Shown: positions 1 through 9,643 of the stretch, in pieces
How positions within the stretch are numbered: position 1 is the stretch's first letter
Layout of the letters: the number at the start of each line of letters is the position of its first letter
Notes under the pieces: model-generated
What the model saw: the letters and a program-made list of their open reading frames with translations, nothing else
The model's database searches: none
Told to the model about the DNA's origin: nothing
Position numbers and translations under genes: made by a program
From: an uncultured Planctomycetales bacterium
Lineage (GTDB): Bacteria; Omnitrophota; Gorgyraeia; Zapsychrales; Aceulaceae
Direction of reading: 5' to 3'
Length of the DNA stretch: 64,000 nucleotides
Assembly: GCA_964648665.1 (NCBI GenBank)
Contig: CAZYOA010000007.1
Span: forward strand, 4,943-68,942

Positions 1-2
1 TA

Positions 3-1766
3 TTTGTTTCGTTAATTTGGTTCTTTTATTTTTTAATAAAATTTTGGCAGGAACCGCACGCTAAATTTTTTATTGGGATTATATTTTCAATAATGATTAT
101 TCTTAATTGTTATTTGCCGTTTTATTGGTTGTCTGTGTTTGTTTTTGTCATTATTTCATATTTAGTTGTTTATTTCCTTCGCATTAAAAAGGATTTAAGA
201 TTTATTAGTAATTTTATTTCAAAGAATTATATTGTTGTTATTATTTGCTTTTTTGCTCTCGGAGTGTCGCTTTTGTCTGCGTTTAAGGCTTATCATTTGA
301 CAAAAACAGGAGAAGTTATTTGCTTTGAAAGGAAAGCTTATAATTCAGATCCTTATCAAGGTGGAGCGGTGGTGTCTTATGATAAAATTGCTAACAGTTC
401 TCCGAGCACATTATCGTTTTCTGATAGCATTCTTTTAGATCGCGATAGTGTTCTTCCAAGTTCGATTATTTTCTTTTATGTTTCATTCTTTGTTTGGTGT
501 ATTTTGTGCTTAAGCATATTTAACAAATTAATAAAGAAAAGCATTATTTTAATTTTGTTACTTTTGATTTTGATGTGCGTTATTATCGCCGATCAATCGA
601 TTCTTTTTAGAAGTATTTTTCATGTATTCTTTTGGTTTTCTTATATTCGTAATCTTGGAGTATTTGTTTTTGTTTTCTTGCCAATTTTAATTTTGTTTGC
701 AACCTTACAACTCAAGTTGATTTTAAGGGATAAATTATTTAAAAATCGTCGTGCTTGCTTGATATTTATTTCGATTGTTCATGGTGGTCTTTTGACGCTG
801 CTTGTTTTAAATAATGGATTCTTTTCAAGCTATATAACTGTTCTTCTGAGTTTCCTATTCTTTATTTTGATTAATCTAGAAGTTCAGATTCGTCGATGGG
901 TTTATTTTGTTCTTTTAGGTCTCTGTATTGTTGTGCAGCCTGTTGAAGTTATGTGGCGTTTTAGGGATAATATAGAAAACATGTCCTTTATACGAGATAA
1001 GCCAGCAATTCTTGATGCCGTTGCGTATCCTCCCAAAAAAGTAAAATTTTATTTTTCTAGGCCTTCTCGAGAAAACAGTGAAGAGACTTTTACTGCTAGA
1101 GATGCTCACTTGCTTCGGATAAGGATGACAGGGTCAGCTGGATTTCCATTTGAGGGAGCCGGATTTCCGCCTGAATGGTCTTTTTATTTATCTAAAAATA
1201 TTTCTGAAGAAGAATTAAATCAATATGTGCAACATAAGTTTTATATTTATGATCATGTTAAAGCTATTGATAGCGAAGAGAGAAGTTTAAATCTTTTAAA
1301 AGAAATATTCGAAAAGAATACTAACTTAGCTTTGATTTCGAAAGATGGGAAAATAAATAAAAATAATCTGCTTACAAGCTTAGAGATTGATGATCAGGCA
1401 AGCATTGTTGATCGAGCAAAGATTATTTTATCTTCATCTAATTTATTTAGTGTTCTTGATTTCAATACGAATAGTATAAAAGTTGAAACGAATTTTGATA
1501 AAGTAAAGTTTTTAGTTTATACAGATAGCTTCCAATCGGATTGGCGAGTTTTTGTAAATGGACAAAAACAAAACCTGTATCGCTCTAACTTTGGCTTTAA
1601 AGGAGTCGCGCTTCCTAAGGGAAAGAATGTTGTTTTCTTTAAATATTCTCCTCTAGGTGGGCAGATGACATATTTCTTAATATTTTCTACTTATATTGGA
1701 TTATTCTTATGGCTAATTATTTTATTTATTTGGTCATCAAGAAATAGAAAGAAAGAAGATTGTTAA
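3..1766 (+). CDS. YfhO-like polytopic membrane (GT-C type) glycosyltransferase, paralog A; 5' end cut by window edge
   Basis: The frame is open from nt 3, although the track starts it at internal ATG 93. It aligns colinearly with the C-terminal ~590 aa of ORF 2824..5040. It has many TM helices, then a soluble domain (..FLVYTDSFQSDWRVFVNGQ..FKGVALPKG..YSPLGG) and a terminal TM helix, which is the YfhO-type layout. Confidence 0.6.
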   Translation, partial: FVSLIWFFYFLIKFWQEPHAKFFIGIIFSIMIILNCYLPFYWLSVFVFVIISYLVVYFLRIKKDLRFISNFISKNYIVVIICFFALGVSLLSAFKAYHLTKTGEVICFERKAYNSDPYQGGAVVSYDKIANSSPSTLSFSDSILLDRDSVLPSSIIFFYVSFFVWCILCLSIFNKLIKKSIILILLLLILMCVIIADQSILFRSIFHVFFWFSYIRNLGVFVFVFLPILILFATLQLKLILRDKLFKNRRACLIFISIVHGGLLTLLVLNNGFFSSYITVLLSFLFFILINLEVQIRRWVYFVLLGLCIVVQPVEVMWRFRDNIENMSFIRDKPAILDAVAYPPKKVKFYFSRPSRENSEETFTARDAHLLRIRMTGSAGFPFEGAGFPPEWSFYLSKNISEEELNQYVQHKFYIYDHVKAIDSEERSLNLLKEIFEKNTNLALISKDGKINKNNLLTSLEIDDQASIVDRAKIILSSSNLFSVLDFNTNSIKVETNFDKVKFLVYTDSFQSDWRVFVNGQKQNLYRSNFGFKGVALPKGKNVVFFKYSPLGGQMTYFLIFSTYIGLFLWLIILFIWSSRNRKKEDC

Positions 1767-1767
1767 A

Positions 1768-2625
1768 GTGATTTGGAATAATTTTCTACAAAATAAACCA
1801 TTGAAGCAAGCATGGATGTTTATTCTTAGGCGAAATATTATTTTGTATTTTTTGCTTGGAGTGGCAAGTTATTTTTTGATCGGCGAAGTGCGTTTTCCAA
1901 GCAAAATTAATGTGTATCATCTAAATCAGCTTAAAGAAGGTGTTTTGGCGATTGATATGAAGCTTAACAAAGATTTGAAGGTGAGTGCGTATAATTTAAA
2001 ATCAGGCGTTGCCTATTTTGATAGAATTGCAGAACTTGTAGGACCTTTAGCTAGCACGGACGGAAACTTGGGATTTTGTTATTATTATTTAAATGATTAT
2101 AACAAGGCTGTTGCTGCTTATGATGAGGCTATCAAGCGAGATTCGTTAAGGTATACTTATTGGTGGGATCAGGGAATGATTTATTTTAAGCTTAAAGATT
2201 ATAAAAAGGCAATTTCTTATCTTAAAAAAGCTGTTGAATCAATTCCAGATGCCCCTCGTTATTATATTGAAACGGCAAAGGCTTATTCTGGCTTAAACTG
2301 GGATCAATATTTGCTTGAACTTATTCCGTATTATATTCAGCAATCAAAAGACGATGCGCAACTTGCGTATCTTGTTTTGACTCAATGCTATTGGCACATT
2401 GATGAGATTGACAAAGCACGAGATGCTATTTTGGTGGGACTTTTAATTGCTTCAAAAGAAAAAAATCCTTATTATTTAGAGAATTTTGAATATTTCTTAA
2501 AATATAATGGAGAAAAGGGAATTCTTTATTCGAATCTAGAGCCTAAGCTGCATTTTGATTATGATTTTAACCGAGTTCAGATTATTGTCGAAGTTTTTCG
2601 TCGAGCTTCAGATTCATATAAATAA
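1768..2625 (+). CDS. membrane-anchored TPR-repeat protein, partner of YfhO-like paralog A
   Basis: GTG start lies 1 nt after the upstream TAA. An N-terminal TM helix (IILYFLLGVASYFLIG) is followed by TPR-like repeats (GNLGFCYYYLNDYNKAVAAYDEAIKRD; WWDQGMIYFKLKDYKKAISYLKKAVE). The N-terminus MIWNNF.. is conserved with 5042..5917 right up to the GTG, which supports this start. Confidence 0.6.
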   Translation: MIWNNFLQNKPLKQAWMFILRRNIILYFLLGVASYFLIGEVRFPSKINVYHLNQLKEGVLAIDMKLNKDLKVSAYNLKSGVAYFDRIAELVGPLASTDGNLGFCYYYLNDYNKAVAAYDEAIKRDSLRYTYWWDQGMIYFKLKDYKKAISYLKKAVESIPDAPRYYIETAKAYSGLNWDQYLLELIPYYIQQSKDDAQLAYLVLTQCYWHIDEIDKARDAILVGLLIASKEKNPYYLENFEYFLKYNGEKGILYSNLEPKLHFDYDFNRVQIIVEVFRRASDSYK

Positions 2626-2823
2626 ATGTATAGATAAAAATAGATTTTGAAGTTTTGCATTCGACTTAACTTTTAGATTTTCTATTATTTTATTTTTTAT
2701 ATTAATCTAAATATAATTCTTTCTTTATAGAAAATGAACTTTCGTATGTGATTTGCGATTGTATTTAGTGTTGGCTAAGTTTTGAGATATGTTTAAGAAG
2801 AGGATTGGGCAGAGGATTTTAAT

Positions 2824-5040
2824 ATGAAAAAGAAATTTTTCTTGGTTTTGAAATTTATTATTCCTTTTGGTCTTTGGCTTTTTCTTTTTTCTGATTCTGT
2901 TTTAGGGAAGCTTCCCGTTGATTCAGATTGTTATTCATTTTATTCTCTCTTAAAGTATTTTTTAGATAATCTACGAACAGGACACTTTGCTTTGTGGTGT
3001 CCTTTTGTTATGTGGGGAGGGTCATTTTTAGTCGAATTAAATGCATTCGGAGCATTTAATCCATTCTGGCTTTTAGCTTTATTTTTAAATAAAGTTGGAC
3101 TTAATTTTTATTTGTCTTTTTTATGGACGTATATTGGATATTTCTTTATTGGACATATCGGGTTTTATTTTCTTGCAAAAACGTATTTAAAAGATAAATT
3201 CTGCGCCTATGCTGCTTTTCTTCTGCTTCTTTTTTCTACATCTGGATTTCTCATTTTTCATTATCCATATCATGTTTTTATATTCGTTCCTTTAGTTTGG
3301 TTTTTTTATTTTTTTATAGAATTTCTTCAAAAGTTTGATAAAAAGTTTTTTGTTGGAATCATGTTTTTGTTAATGATCATTTTCAATTGTTATTTGCCAT
3401 TTTATTGGTTTTCTGTATTTGTTTTTGTTGTTATTTTGTATATTATAATTTATTTTTCTCGTATTAGGCGGGATTTTAAGTTGATTATTCGTTTTTTTGT
3501 AAAAAATTATGTGGTTGCAATTCTTTGCGTGTTGGCTCTTTGTGTATCAATGGTTCCTGCGCTCAAGGCTTATGACTTGACAAAGAGCGGAGAAGTTGTT
3601 TGTTTTGAAAGAATGCCAAAAAAGGATGTCTATCAAGGTGGAGCGTTAGTTTCTTATGATTCTGTTGCGAAGTCTGCTCCCAGTACGGCATTATTTGTAG
3701 ATAGCCTGATGCTAGATCGTGACAGTGTCCTTCCAAAATCAATTGTATTTTTTTATGTTTCTTTCTTTGTTTGGAGTATTTTGCTTTTAAGTATTTTTAA
3801 TAAAATAAAAAAGAAAAGTATTTTTTTGGGAATGCTTCTTTTAATTTTATTATTTATTCTTATTGTTGATCAATCTATTGTTTTTAAAGGTATTTTTTAT
3901 TTATTCTTTTGGTTTTCGTATATTCGAAACATTGGATTGTTTAGTTTTATTTTTCTTCCTGTTTTAATTTTATTTTCAGCTCTACAGTTGAAGTCGATAC
4001 GAAAGGAGAAGTTATTTGATAATCGATATTCTCGACTAGTTGCTATCTTTATTGTTCACGCTGGTCTTTTAACATTTCTTATTTTAAGTAATGGACTTTT
4101 TTCGAGTTATCTAGCTGTTTCTTTAAGCTTTTTATTTTTTATTTTAATTGCACTTCAAGCGCGCATTCAAAAATGGCTTTGGATTGTCTTGTTGGGATTA
4201 TGTGTTGTCTCTCAGCCTGTCGAGGTTATGTGGCGCTTTAGAGATAATATTCAAAATATGTCTTTTTCTTTTAATAAGTTACCAATTTTTAATAGTATTA
4301 ATTATCCTCCAGCGAAAATAAAGTTTAATTATTCAAGAGTTATCTTTGATAGTAAAAATAAGTATAAAATTAAATCTCCTCATGCGTCGCGAATTCAGAT
4401 GGCTGATTTGATTAATTTTGTTAACACAGGAGCTGGGTTTCCACCTAAATGGTCTTTTTATTTATCTAAAAATATTTCTGAAGAAGAATTAAACCAGTAT
4501 GTGCAGCATAAATTTTATATCTATGATCATGTTAAAGTTATTGATAGTGAAGATGAAAGTTTAAATCTTTTAAAAGAAATATTCGAAAAGAATATTAACT
4601 TAGCTTTAATTTCGAAAGATAAGAAAAGGAATGAAAATAATTTTACTGCAGGTTTAGAGATTAATGGTCAAATAAATATTATTGATCGAGCAAAGATTAT
4701 TTTATCTTCGTCTAATCTATTTAGTGTTCTTGATTTCAATACGAATAGCATAAAGGTTGAAACAAATTTTGATAAAGAAAAGTTTTTAGTTTATACGGAT
4801 AGCTTTCAGTCGGATTGGCGAGTGTTTGTAAATGGACAAGAACAAGACTTGTGTCGATCTAATTTTGGTTTTAAAGGGGTTGCGCTTCCTAGGGGGCAGA
4901 ATATCGTTCTATTTGAATATTCTCCTCTAGGTGGGCAGTTGATATATTTTCTAATATTTTTTATTTATATTGGATTATTTTTATGGTTAATTATTTTGTT
5001 TCTTTGGCCATCAAGAAATAGAAAGAAAGAAGATTTTTAA
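2824..5040 (+). CDS. YfhO-like polytopic membrane (GT-C type) glycosyltransferase, paralog B (full length, 738 aa)
   Basis: The N-terminus (..DSDCYSFYSLLKYFLDNLRTGHFALWCPFVMWGGSF..NAFGAFNPFWLL) resembles the YfhO N-terminal loop. It has more than 10 predicted TM helices. The C-terminal soluble domain plus terminal TM helix are near-identical to paralog A. Confidence 0.6.
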   Translation: MKKKFFLVLKFIIPFGLWLFLFSDSVLGKLPVDSDCYSFYSLLKYFLDNLRTGHFALWCPFVMWGGSFLVELNAFGAFNPFWLLALFLNKVGLNFYLSFLWTYIGYFFIGHIGFYFLAKTYLKDKFCAYAAFLLLLFSTSGFLIFHYPYHVFIFVPLVWFFYFFIEFLQKFDKKFFVGIMFLLMIIFNCYLPFYWFSVFVFVVILYIIIYFSRIRRDFKLIIRFFVKNYVVAILCVLALCVSMVPALKAYDLTKSGEVVCFERMPKKDVYQGGALVSYDSVAKSAPSTALFVDSLMLDRDSVLPKSIVFFYVSFFVWSILLLSIFNKIKKKSIFLGMLLLILLFILIVDQSIVFKGIFYLFFWFSYIRNIGLFSFIFLPVLILFSALQLKSIRKEKLFDNRYSRLVAIFIVHAGLLTFLILSNGLFSSYLAVSLSFLFFILIALQARIQKWLWIVLLGLCVVSQPVEVMWRFRDNIQNMSFSFNKLPIFNSINYPPAKIKFNYSRVIFDSKNKYKIKSPHASRIQMADLINFVNTGAGFPPKWSFYLSKNISEEELNQYVQHKFYIYDHVKVIDSEDESLNLLKEIFEKNINLALISKDKKRNENNFTAGLEINGQINIIDRAKIILSSSNLFSVLDFNTNSIKVETNFDKEKFLVYTDSFQSDWRVFVNGQEQDLCRSNFGFKGVALPRGQNIVLFEYSPLGGQLIYFLIFFIYIGLFLWLIILFLWPSRNRKKEDF

Positions 5041-5041
5041 A

Positions 5042-5917
5042 GTGATTTGGAATAATTTTTTTAAAAATAAAACATTAAAACAAATCTGGATATTTATTTC
5101 TAGACGAAATATTGCTTTTTATTTTCTCCTTGGAATCGCAAGTTATTTTTTGATTGGGAAGGTTCATTTTTTGAACAAAATTAATATTTATCATCTCGAG
5201 CGACCTAGAGAAGACATGTTTAAAGCTGACATCGAATCAGTTGTTGGTAAAAATTTGGCGGTTCATAACCTGAAGTCAGGCATTGTTTATTTTAAAGCGA
5301 TAATGAATCTTACAGAGCCTTTGGCTAGTACTTATGGAAATCTAGGATTTTGTTATTATTATTTAAATGATTATAGCAAAGCTATTGTTGTCTATGGCGA
5401 GGCTATTAAACGAGACCCTCTAAGGTATATTTACTGGTGGGATCAGGGAATGATTTATTTTAAGCTTAAAGATTATAAAAAGGCAATTTTTTATATTAAA
5501 AAAGCTGTTGAATTGATTCCAGATACTTCGCGTTATTATATTGATACAGCTAAATCTTTTCCTATTTTACGATGGCAAGCTCAGATTCTTGAGCTTATTC
5601 CTTTTGCTCTTGAGCGGGCGTTGAATGATATGCAGATTGCATATCTTGTTTTAGCACAGTGTTATTGTAACGTTGGTCAAATTGATGATGCTCAGAATGC
5701 TATTTCATCAGGATTTTTAATTGCTTCAAAAAGATCAAATTCTTTCTATTTAAAGAATTTTGAATATTTCTTGAAACACGGCAAGGAAGGAAGCATTTTT
5801 TTCCCTGGTCTAAAGCCTGAACTACATTTTGATTATAGCTTTAATCGGACGCAAGTTGCTATAAAGGTTTTGGATAAAGTTATAGCTGAAAAACAAGGAT
5901 TGACCAAACAGGACTAA
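5042..5917 (+). CDS. membrane-anchored TPR-repeat protein, partner of paralog B
   Basis: The junction has the same architecture as 1764-1770 (TAA, 1 nt, GTG). It has a TM helix (IAFYFLLGIASYFLIG) and TPR repeats with stretches identical to 1768..2625. Confidence 0.6.
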   Translation: MIWNNFFKNKTLKQIWIFISRRNIAFYFLLGIASYFLIGKVHFLNKINIYHLERPREDMFKADIESVVGKNLAVHNLKSGIVYFKAIMNLTEPLASTYGNLGFCYYYLNDYSKAIVVYGEAIKRDPLRYIYWWDQGMIYFKLKDYKKAIFYIKKAVELIPDTSRYYIDTAKSFPILRWQAQILELIPFALERALNDMQIAYLVLAQCYCNVGQIDDAQNAISSGFLIASKRSNSFYLKNFEYFLKHGKEGSIFFPGLKPELHFDYSFNRTQVAIKVLDKVIAEKQGLTKQD

Positions 5918-5988
5918 GGTTTTCTATATATCTTGATTTTTTCTTATCTTCTTATATAATAATTTAAATATATTAATATATATCTTTT

Positions 5989-6885
5989 ATGATGCAAACA
6001 AAATATCATTCCTATAAAATTCTTCCTGAAGTCATTGTGCCAAGCGATACTGATTATATTGGCATTTATTTAACGAATCGCTGTTTTCTTTCCTGCTCGT
6101 ACTGCATTACCAATATGTTTAATCCTTATGTAAACACAAAAATTTTAAAAGAATTATCAGCATCGGATTGGATTTCATCGATTAATCGATTAAAGTTACC
6201 TGATGGCGTTCCCATAACATTGCAAGGGGGGGAGCCATTTTTACATAAAGGAATATGGGAAATTTTAGAGAATGTTAATCAGAAGATTGATATTTTAACA
6301 GCTCTTCCTGAAAATGTCACAGTACAGGCTGTAAAAGCTTTAAAAGCATTAGATTGGAATAAGAGAGACGCTCCTTATCCAACGATTCGAGTTAGTTTTC
6401 ATCCAGGGCAAAATGATTATAAGGTTTTGATTGACCGAATTAGTAAATTGCAAGAATTCTTAAGTATCGGCTTGTTTCATATTGAGCATCCAGAATACCT
6501 TAATCTTACCGATGAGATTTGTCAGTATGCAAAAAGGCGAGGCGTTGAATTTCGAACAAAAAGTTTCTTAGGGATATGGAACAAAGAGATGTATGGGCGT
6601 TATAAATATTTAGATGCAGCTGTTGGGCATGTTGTTAAGAAAAGTGTTCAATGTCGAAATACGGCATTGCCAGTAGCGCCTGATGGGATAATTTATCGTT
6701 GCCATTCTGATTTATATGCCACAAGAAATGATCTATCTTTAGGGCGACTAAGTGATCCTGATCTTAAAATCGAGCACACATATCGTCAGTGTGGTAATTA
6801 TGGGTTATGTAGCCCATGTGATATAAAAATTAAAACAAATCATCTTCAGCAAGATGGTTATTGTTCAGCGGATATTAAATCTTGA
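5989..6885 (+). CDS. radical SAM enzyme with Cys-rich C-terminus
   Basis: CX3CX2C motif CFLSCSYC near the N-terminus. Gly-rich SAM motif LQGGEPFL. C-terminal cysteines (CRNT..CHSD..CGNYGLCSPC) suggest an auxiliary Fe-S cluster. Confidence 0.7.
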   Translation: MMQTKYHSYKILPEVIVPSDTDYIGIYLTNRCFLSCSYCITNMFNPYVNTKILKELSASDWISSINRLKLPDGVPITLQGGEPFLHKGIWEILENVNQKIDILTALPENVTVQAVKALKALDWNKRDAPYPTIRVSFHPGQNDYKVLIDRISKLQEFLSIGLFHIEHPEYLNLTDEICQYAKRRGVEFRTKSFLGIWNKEMYGRYKYLDAAVGHVVKKSVQCRNTALPVAPDGIIYRCHSDLYATRNDLSLGRLSDPDLKIEHTYRQCGNYGLCSPCDIKIKTNHLQQDGYCSADIKS

Positions 6886-6887
6886 AA

Positions 6888-7811
6888 ATGAAAAGAAAAA
6901 AACGCGTTTTAATTATTAAAACAGGGTTTTCTGAGTTTTTAGACAAAGGAATTTCTGCTACAGTCAGCCTTGGAGATGTTTTGTTTTGTACGATTGTTTT
7001 ACATTTGTACAAGAATGATCATGTGACTTGGGTTGTTTCAAATCAAGCAAAGGATCTTCTTGAGGGGAACCCGTATATTGATAGAGTCTTAGTTTTTAAT
7101 CCGTCTATTTTTAAGAAAATTTATAAAACAAAATATGATATTTTTATTAATTTAGAAAAAGATATTGGTATTTGTGCGTTCTTAGGGAATATTGCAGCAA
7201 AGAAAAGATATGGGTTTTATTTTAATGAAAAGAAGTTTGATATCGAAACTTTTAAGAAGCAAACACGCCATCTTCTTTCTGGGCAAGAAAATCAAAATAA
7301 TATTAGCGAAAATACTGCTGAAATTCTTTATAAGGCTCTTGGGGACAAGTGGGATGGTCAGGGGTTAATTCTAAATCGAAAGAAAAATAAGCCGGTATAT
7401 GATATTGGTTTTAATTATGCTGTTGGTTCAAAGTGGCCAACAAAAGCATGGCCGAAAGAAAATTGGAAAGAATTAGAGAAGACGTTAAAAAAAGATTTTT
7501 CTATTAGTTGGCAAGAAGGGCATAAAAACCTGAATGCTTATATTCGTTGGATTAATAAATGTCGCGTTATTGTGACTTCAGATTCTTTAGGTCAAATGAT
7601 AGGCCAGGCGTTAGGAAAAAAGGTTGTCACGTTGTTTGGGCCGACTAATCATAAGCGCATGCAGAGAATGCCTGGAATCTATATTGTCAATTCTTCGACA
7701 AGATGTTCACATAAGCCGTGTTATATGCCATTTTGCCAGAATTCTAAATTTTGCATGAAAGATATTACACCATTATCTGTTAATAAGAAAATAAGAGGTA
7801 TTTTGAAATGA
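6888..7811 (+). CDS. glycosyltransferase family 9 (heptosyltransferase-like)
   Basis: N-terminal RVLIIKTGFSEFLD..GDVLFCTIVLHLYK pattern and C-terminal ..VIVTSDSLGQMIGQALGKKVVTLFGPT.. typical of GT9. The track starts at a TTG (6882) overlapping the upstream stop, so ATG 6888 is preferred. Confidence 0.55.
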   Translation: MKRKKRVLIIKTGFSEFLDKGISATVSLGDVLFCTIVLHLYKNDHVTWVVSNQAKDLLEGNPYIDRVLVFNPSIFKKIYKTKYDIFINLEKDIGICAFLGNIAAKKRYGFYFNEKKFDIETFKKQTRHLLSGQENQNNISENTAEILYKALGDKWDGQGLILNRKKNKPVYDIGFNYAVGSKWPTKAWPKENWKELEKTLKKDFSISWQEGHKNLNAYIRWINKCRVIVTSDSLGQMIGQALGKKVVTLFGPTNHKRMQRMPGIYIVNSSTRCSHKPCYMPFCQNSKFCMKDITPLSVNKKIRGILK

Positions 7812-8803
7812 TTAAGAATATTCTTGTGACTGGGGCGGGGGGATATGTTGGATCTGTTCTTGTTCCTAAGTTGTTATTAGCTGGATATACGGTTAAAGCT
7901 TTAGATTGGTTTTTATATGGAGAGCATGTTTTTGACGAGATCAAAGATCAGTCGAATTTGGTTAAGATTAAAGGGGATGTTCGTAACCAAGAAATTATTG
8001 AAGAGCTCATGGTGGGCGTTGATGCGGTTATTCATTTAGCGTGTATTTCTAATGATCCAAGCTATGAACTTAATCCAGAGCTATCAAAAACAATTAATTA
8101 TGACGCTTTTTTACCACTTGTTGATATTGCTAAGAAAAACAGTGTCGAGCGCTTTATTTTTGCATCAAGCTCAAGTGTTTATGGCGTTAAGGAAGACCCC
8201 AATGTAACAGAAGAGCTTTCCTTGGAACCTTTGACAGATTATTCAAGATATAAAGTATTGTGTGAAGAATATCTTTTAAAGCAGCAGAGTGAAGAATTTA
8301 CGGTGCTTATTTTAAGACCAGCAACCGTTTGTGGATATTCGCCAAGATTGCGTTTAGATTTAACGGTTAATATTTTAACAACGCATGCTATTTGTAATAA
8401 TAAAATTCTTGTTTTTGGAGGAGATCAAAAAAGGCCGAATATCCATATTGATGATATAGCAGATTTGTATGTTGAATCTTTAAATTATTCAAAAGAAAAG
8501 ATAGCGGGAAAGATTTTTAATTGTGGATATGAAAATCATACTGTTTTAGAAATTGCGAATATGGTTAAAAAGGTTGCGGGAAAAGATGATACCACTCTTG
8601 AAGTTCAGGATTCTAACGATAAGCGATCGTATAGCATTTCGTCAGAAAAGATAAAGAAAGAGTTGGGGTTTTCTCCTCGGCGAGATATTTCGCAAGCTAT
8701 TGAAGATTTAAAGAAAGCATTTGAAAATGGGCTGGTTAAGGATGCTTTGAGCAATCCAAATTATTACAATATTAAGACAATGTTAGCAGCAAATATTAAA
8801 TAA
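7808..8803 (+). CDS. NAD-dependent nucleotide-sugar epimerase/dehydratase (extended SDR)
   Basis: Rossmann motif VTGAGGYVGS and catalytic YxxxK (YSRYK). ATGA overlap with the upstream gene. Confidence 0.75.
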   Translation: MIKNILVTGAGGYVGSVLVPKLLLAGYTVKALDWFLYGEHVFDEIKDQSNLVKIKGDVRNQEIIEELMVGVDAVIHLACISNDPSYELNPELSKTINYDAFLPLVDIAKKNSVERFIFASSSSVYGVKEDPNVTEELSLEPLTDYSRYKVLCEEYLLKQQSEEFTVLILRPATVCGYSPRLRLDLTVNILTTHAICNNKILVFGGDQKRPNIHIDDIADLYVESLNYSKEKIAGKIFNCGYENHTVLEIANMVKKVAGKDDTTLEVQDSNDKRSYSISSEKIKKELGFSPRRDISQAIEDLKKAFENGLVKDALSNPNYYNIKTMLAANIK

Positions 8804-8827
8804 TATAGGCGGTAGTAGTTATTTATT

Positions 8828-9625
8828 ATGGTAAAGAAAATATTTTCTTTTTTAAAACAATTTCCCCCCACTTTCGTTATTGGATACGAAATTTATTCTC
8901 GTATGCCATTTCTTCTTCCGCATGATAAAAGTTATTTTATCTTTCCTCATCTAATGTCAGAAAAGAAGGGCCTAATTTTAGATGTTGGTGCCAATAATGG
9001 TATTTCATCGGCATATTTTCACAAAGTTAATCCTCAGTGGAAAATTATTGCTTTTGAGCCGAATTCAATTCATCGGCGATCGCTGAATCGTTTAAAAAGA
9101 AATTTTAAAGGATTTGATTATCGGCCTATTGGACTTTCAGATCGAGATCAAATATTAACATTTTATACTCCAGTATATTTTGGTTTTCCGCAGCATTGTG
9201 AAACAAGCTCAGAAATAAAATTAAAGAGTTGTTGTCGAAGTCATTGTTTTAGTTTTCTAACAAAGAGAATGAAGTTTCATGAACAAAAAGTTGAGGTTAA
9301 AACTATTGATGAATTAAATTTAAATCCTGATGTTATTAAAATTGATTGTGAAGGTGATGATTTTAAGATTTTAAAAGGAGCAAAAAATACTCTAGAGCGC
9401 TGTCGCCCTTTTATTGTGTTAGAAAATAATGAAAAAGATTACCTTGATCTTGTTCAGTTTGTTGAATCTTTTAATTTTGAGGTTTTCTTTTATGATTATC
9501 AGAAAAGAGAATTATTTGGATCATCGGAGGTTTTTACAAGAGATCAAGATCGCAAAAGAAATCTTGTTATCATTCCTCGAGAAAAGATTGAAGATATTAA
9601 GAAAAAAATAATGGAAAAGAAATAA
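8828..9625 (+). CDS. FkbM-family methyltransferase
   Basis: LILDVGANNGISSAYF SAM-binding motif and the ..IKIDCEGDDFKILKGA.. motif, both characteristic of the FkbM family. Confidence 0.6.
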   Translation: MVKKIFSFLKQFPPTFVIGYEIYSRMPFLLPHDKSYFIFPHLMSEKKGLILDVGANNGISSAYFHKVNPQWKIIAFEPNSIHRRSLNRLKRNFKGFDYRPIGLSDRDQILTFYTPVYFGFPQHCETSSEIKLKSCCRSHCFSFLTKRMKFHEQKVEVKTIDELNLNPDVIKIDCEGDDFKILKGAKNTLERCRPFIVLENNEKDYLDLVQFVESFNFEVFFYDYQKRELFGSSEVFTRDQDRKRNLVIIPREKIEDIKKKIMEKK

Positions 9626-9643
9626 ATATTTGCCATTTGAAAT

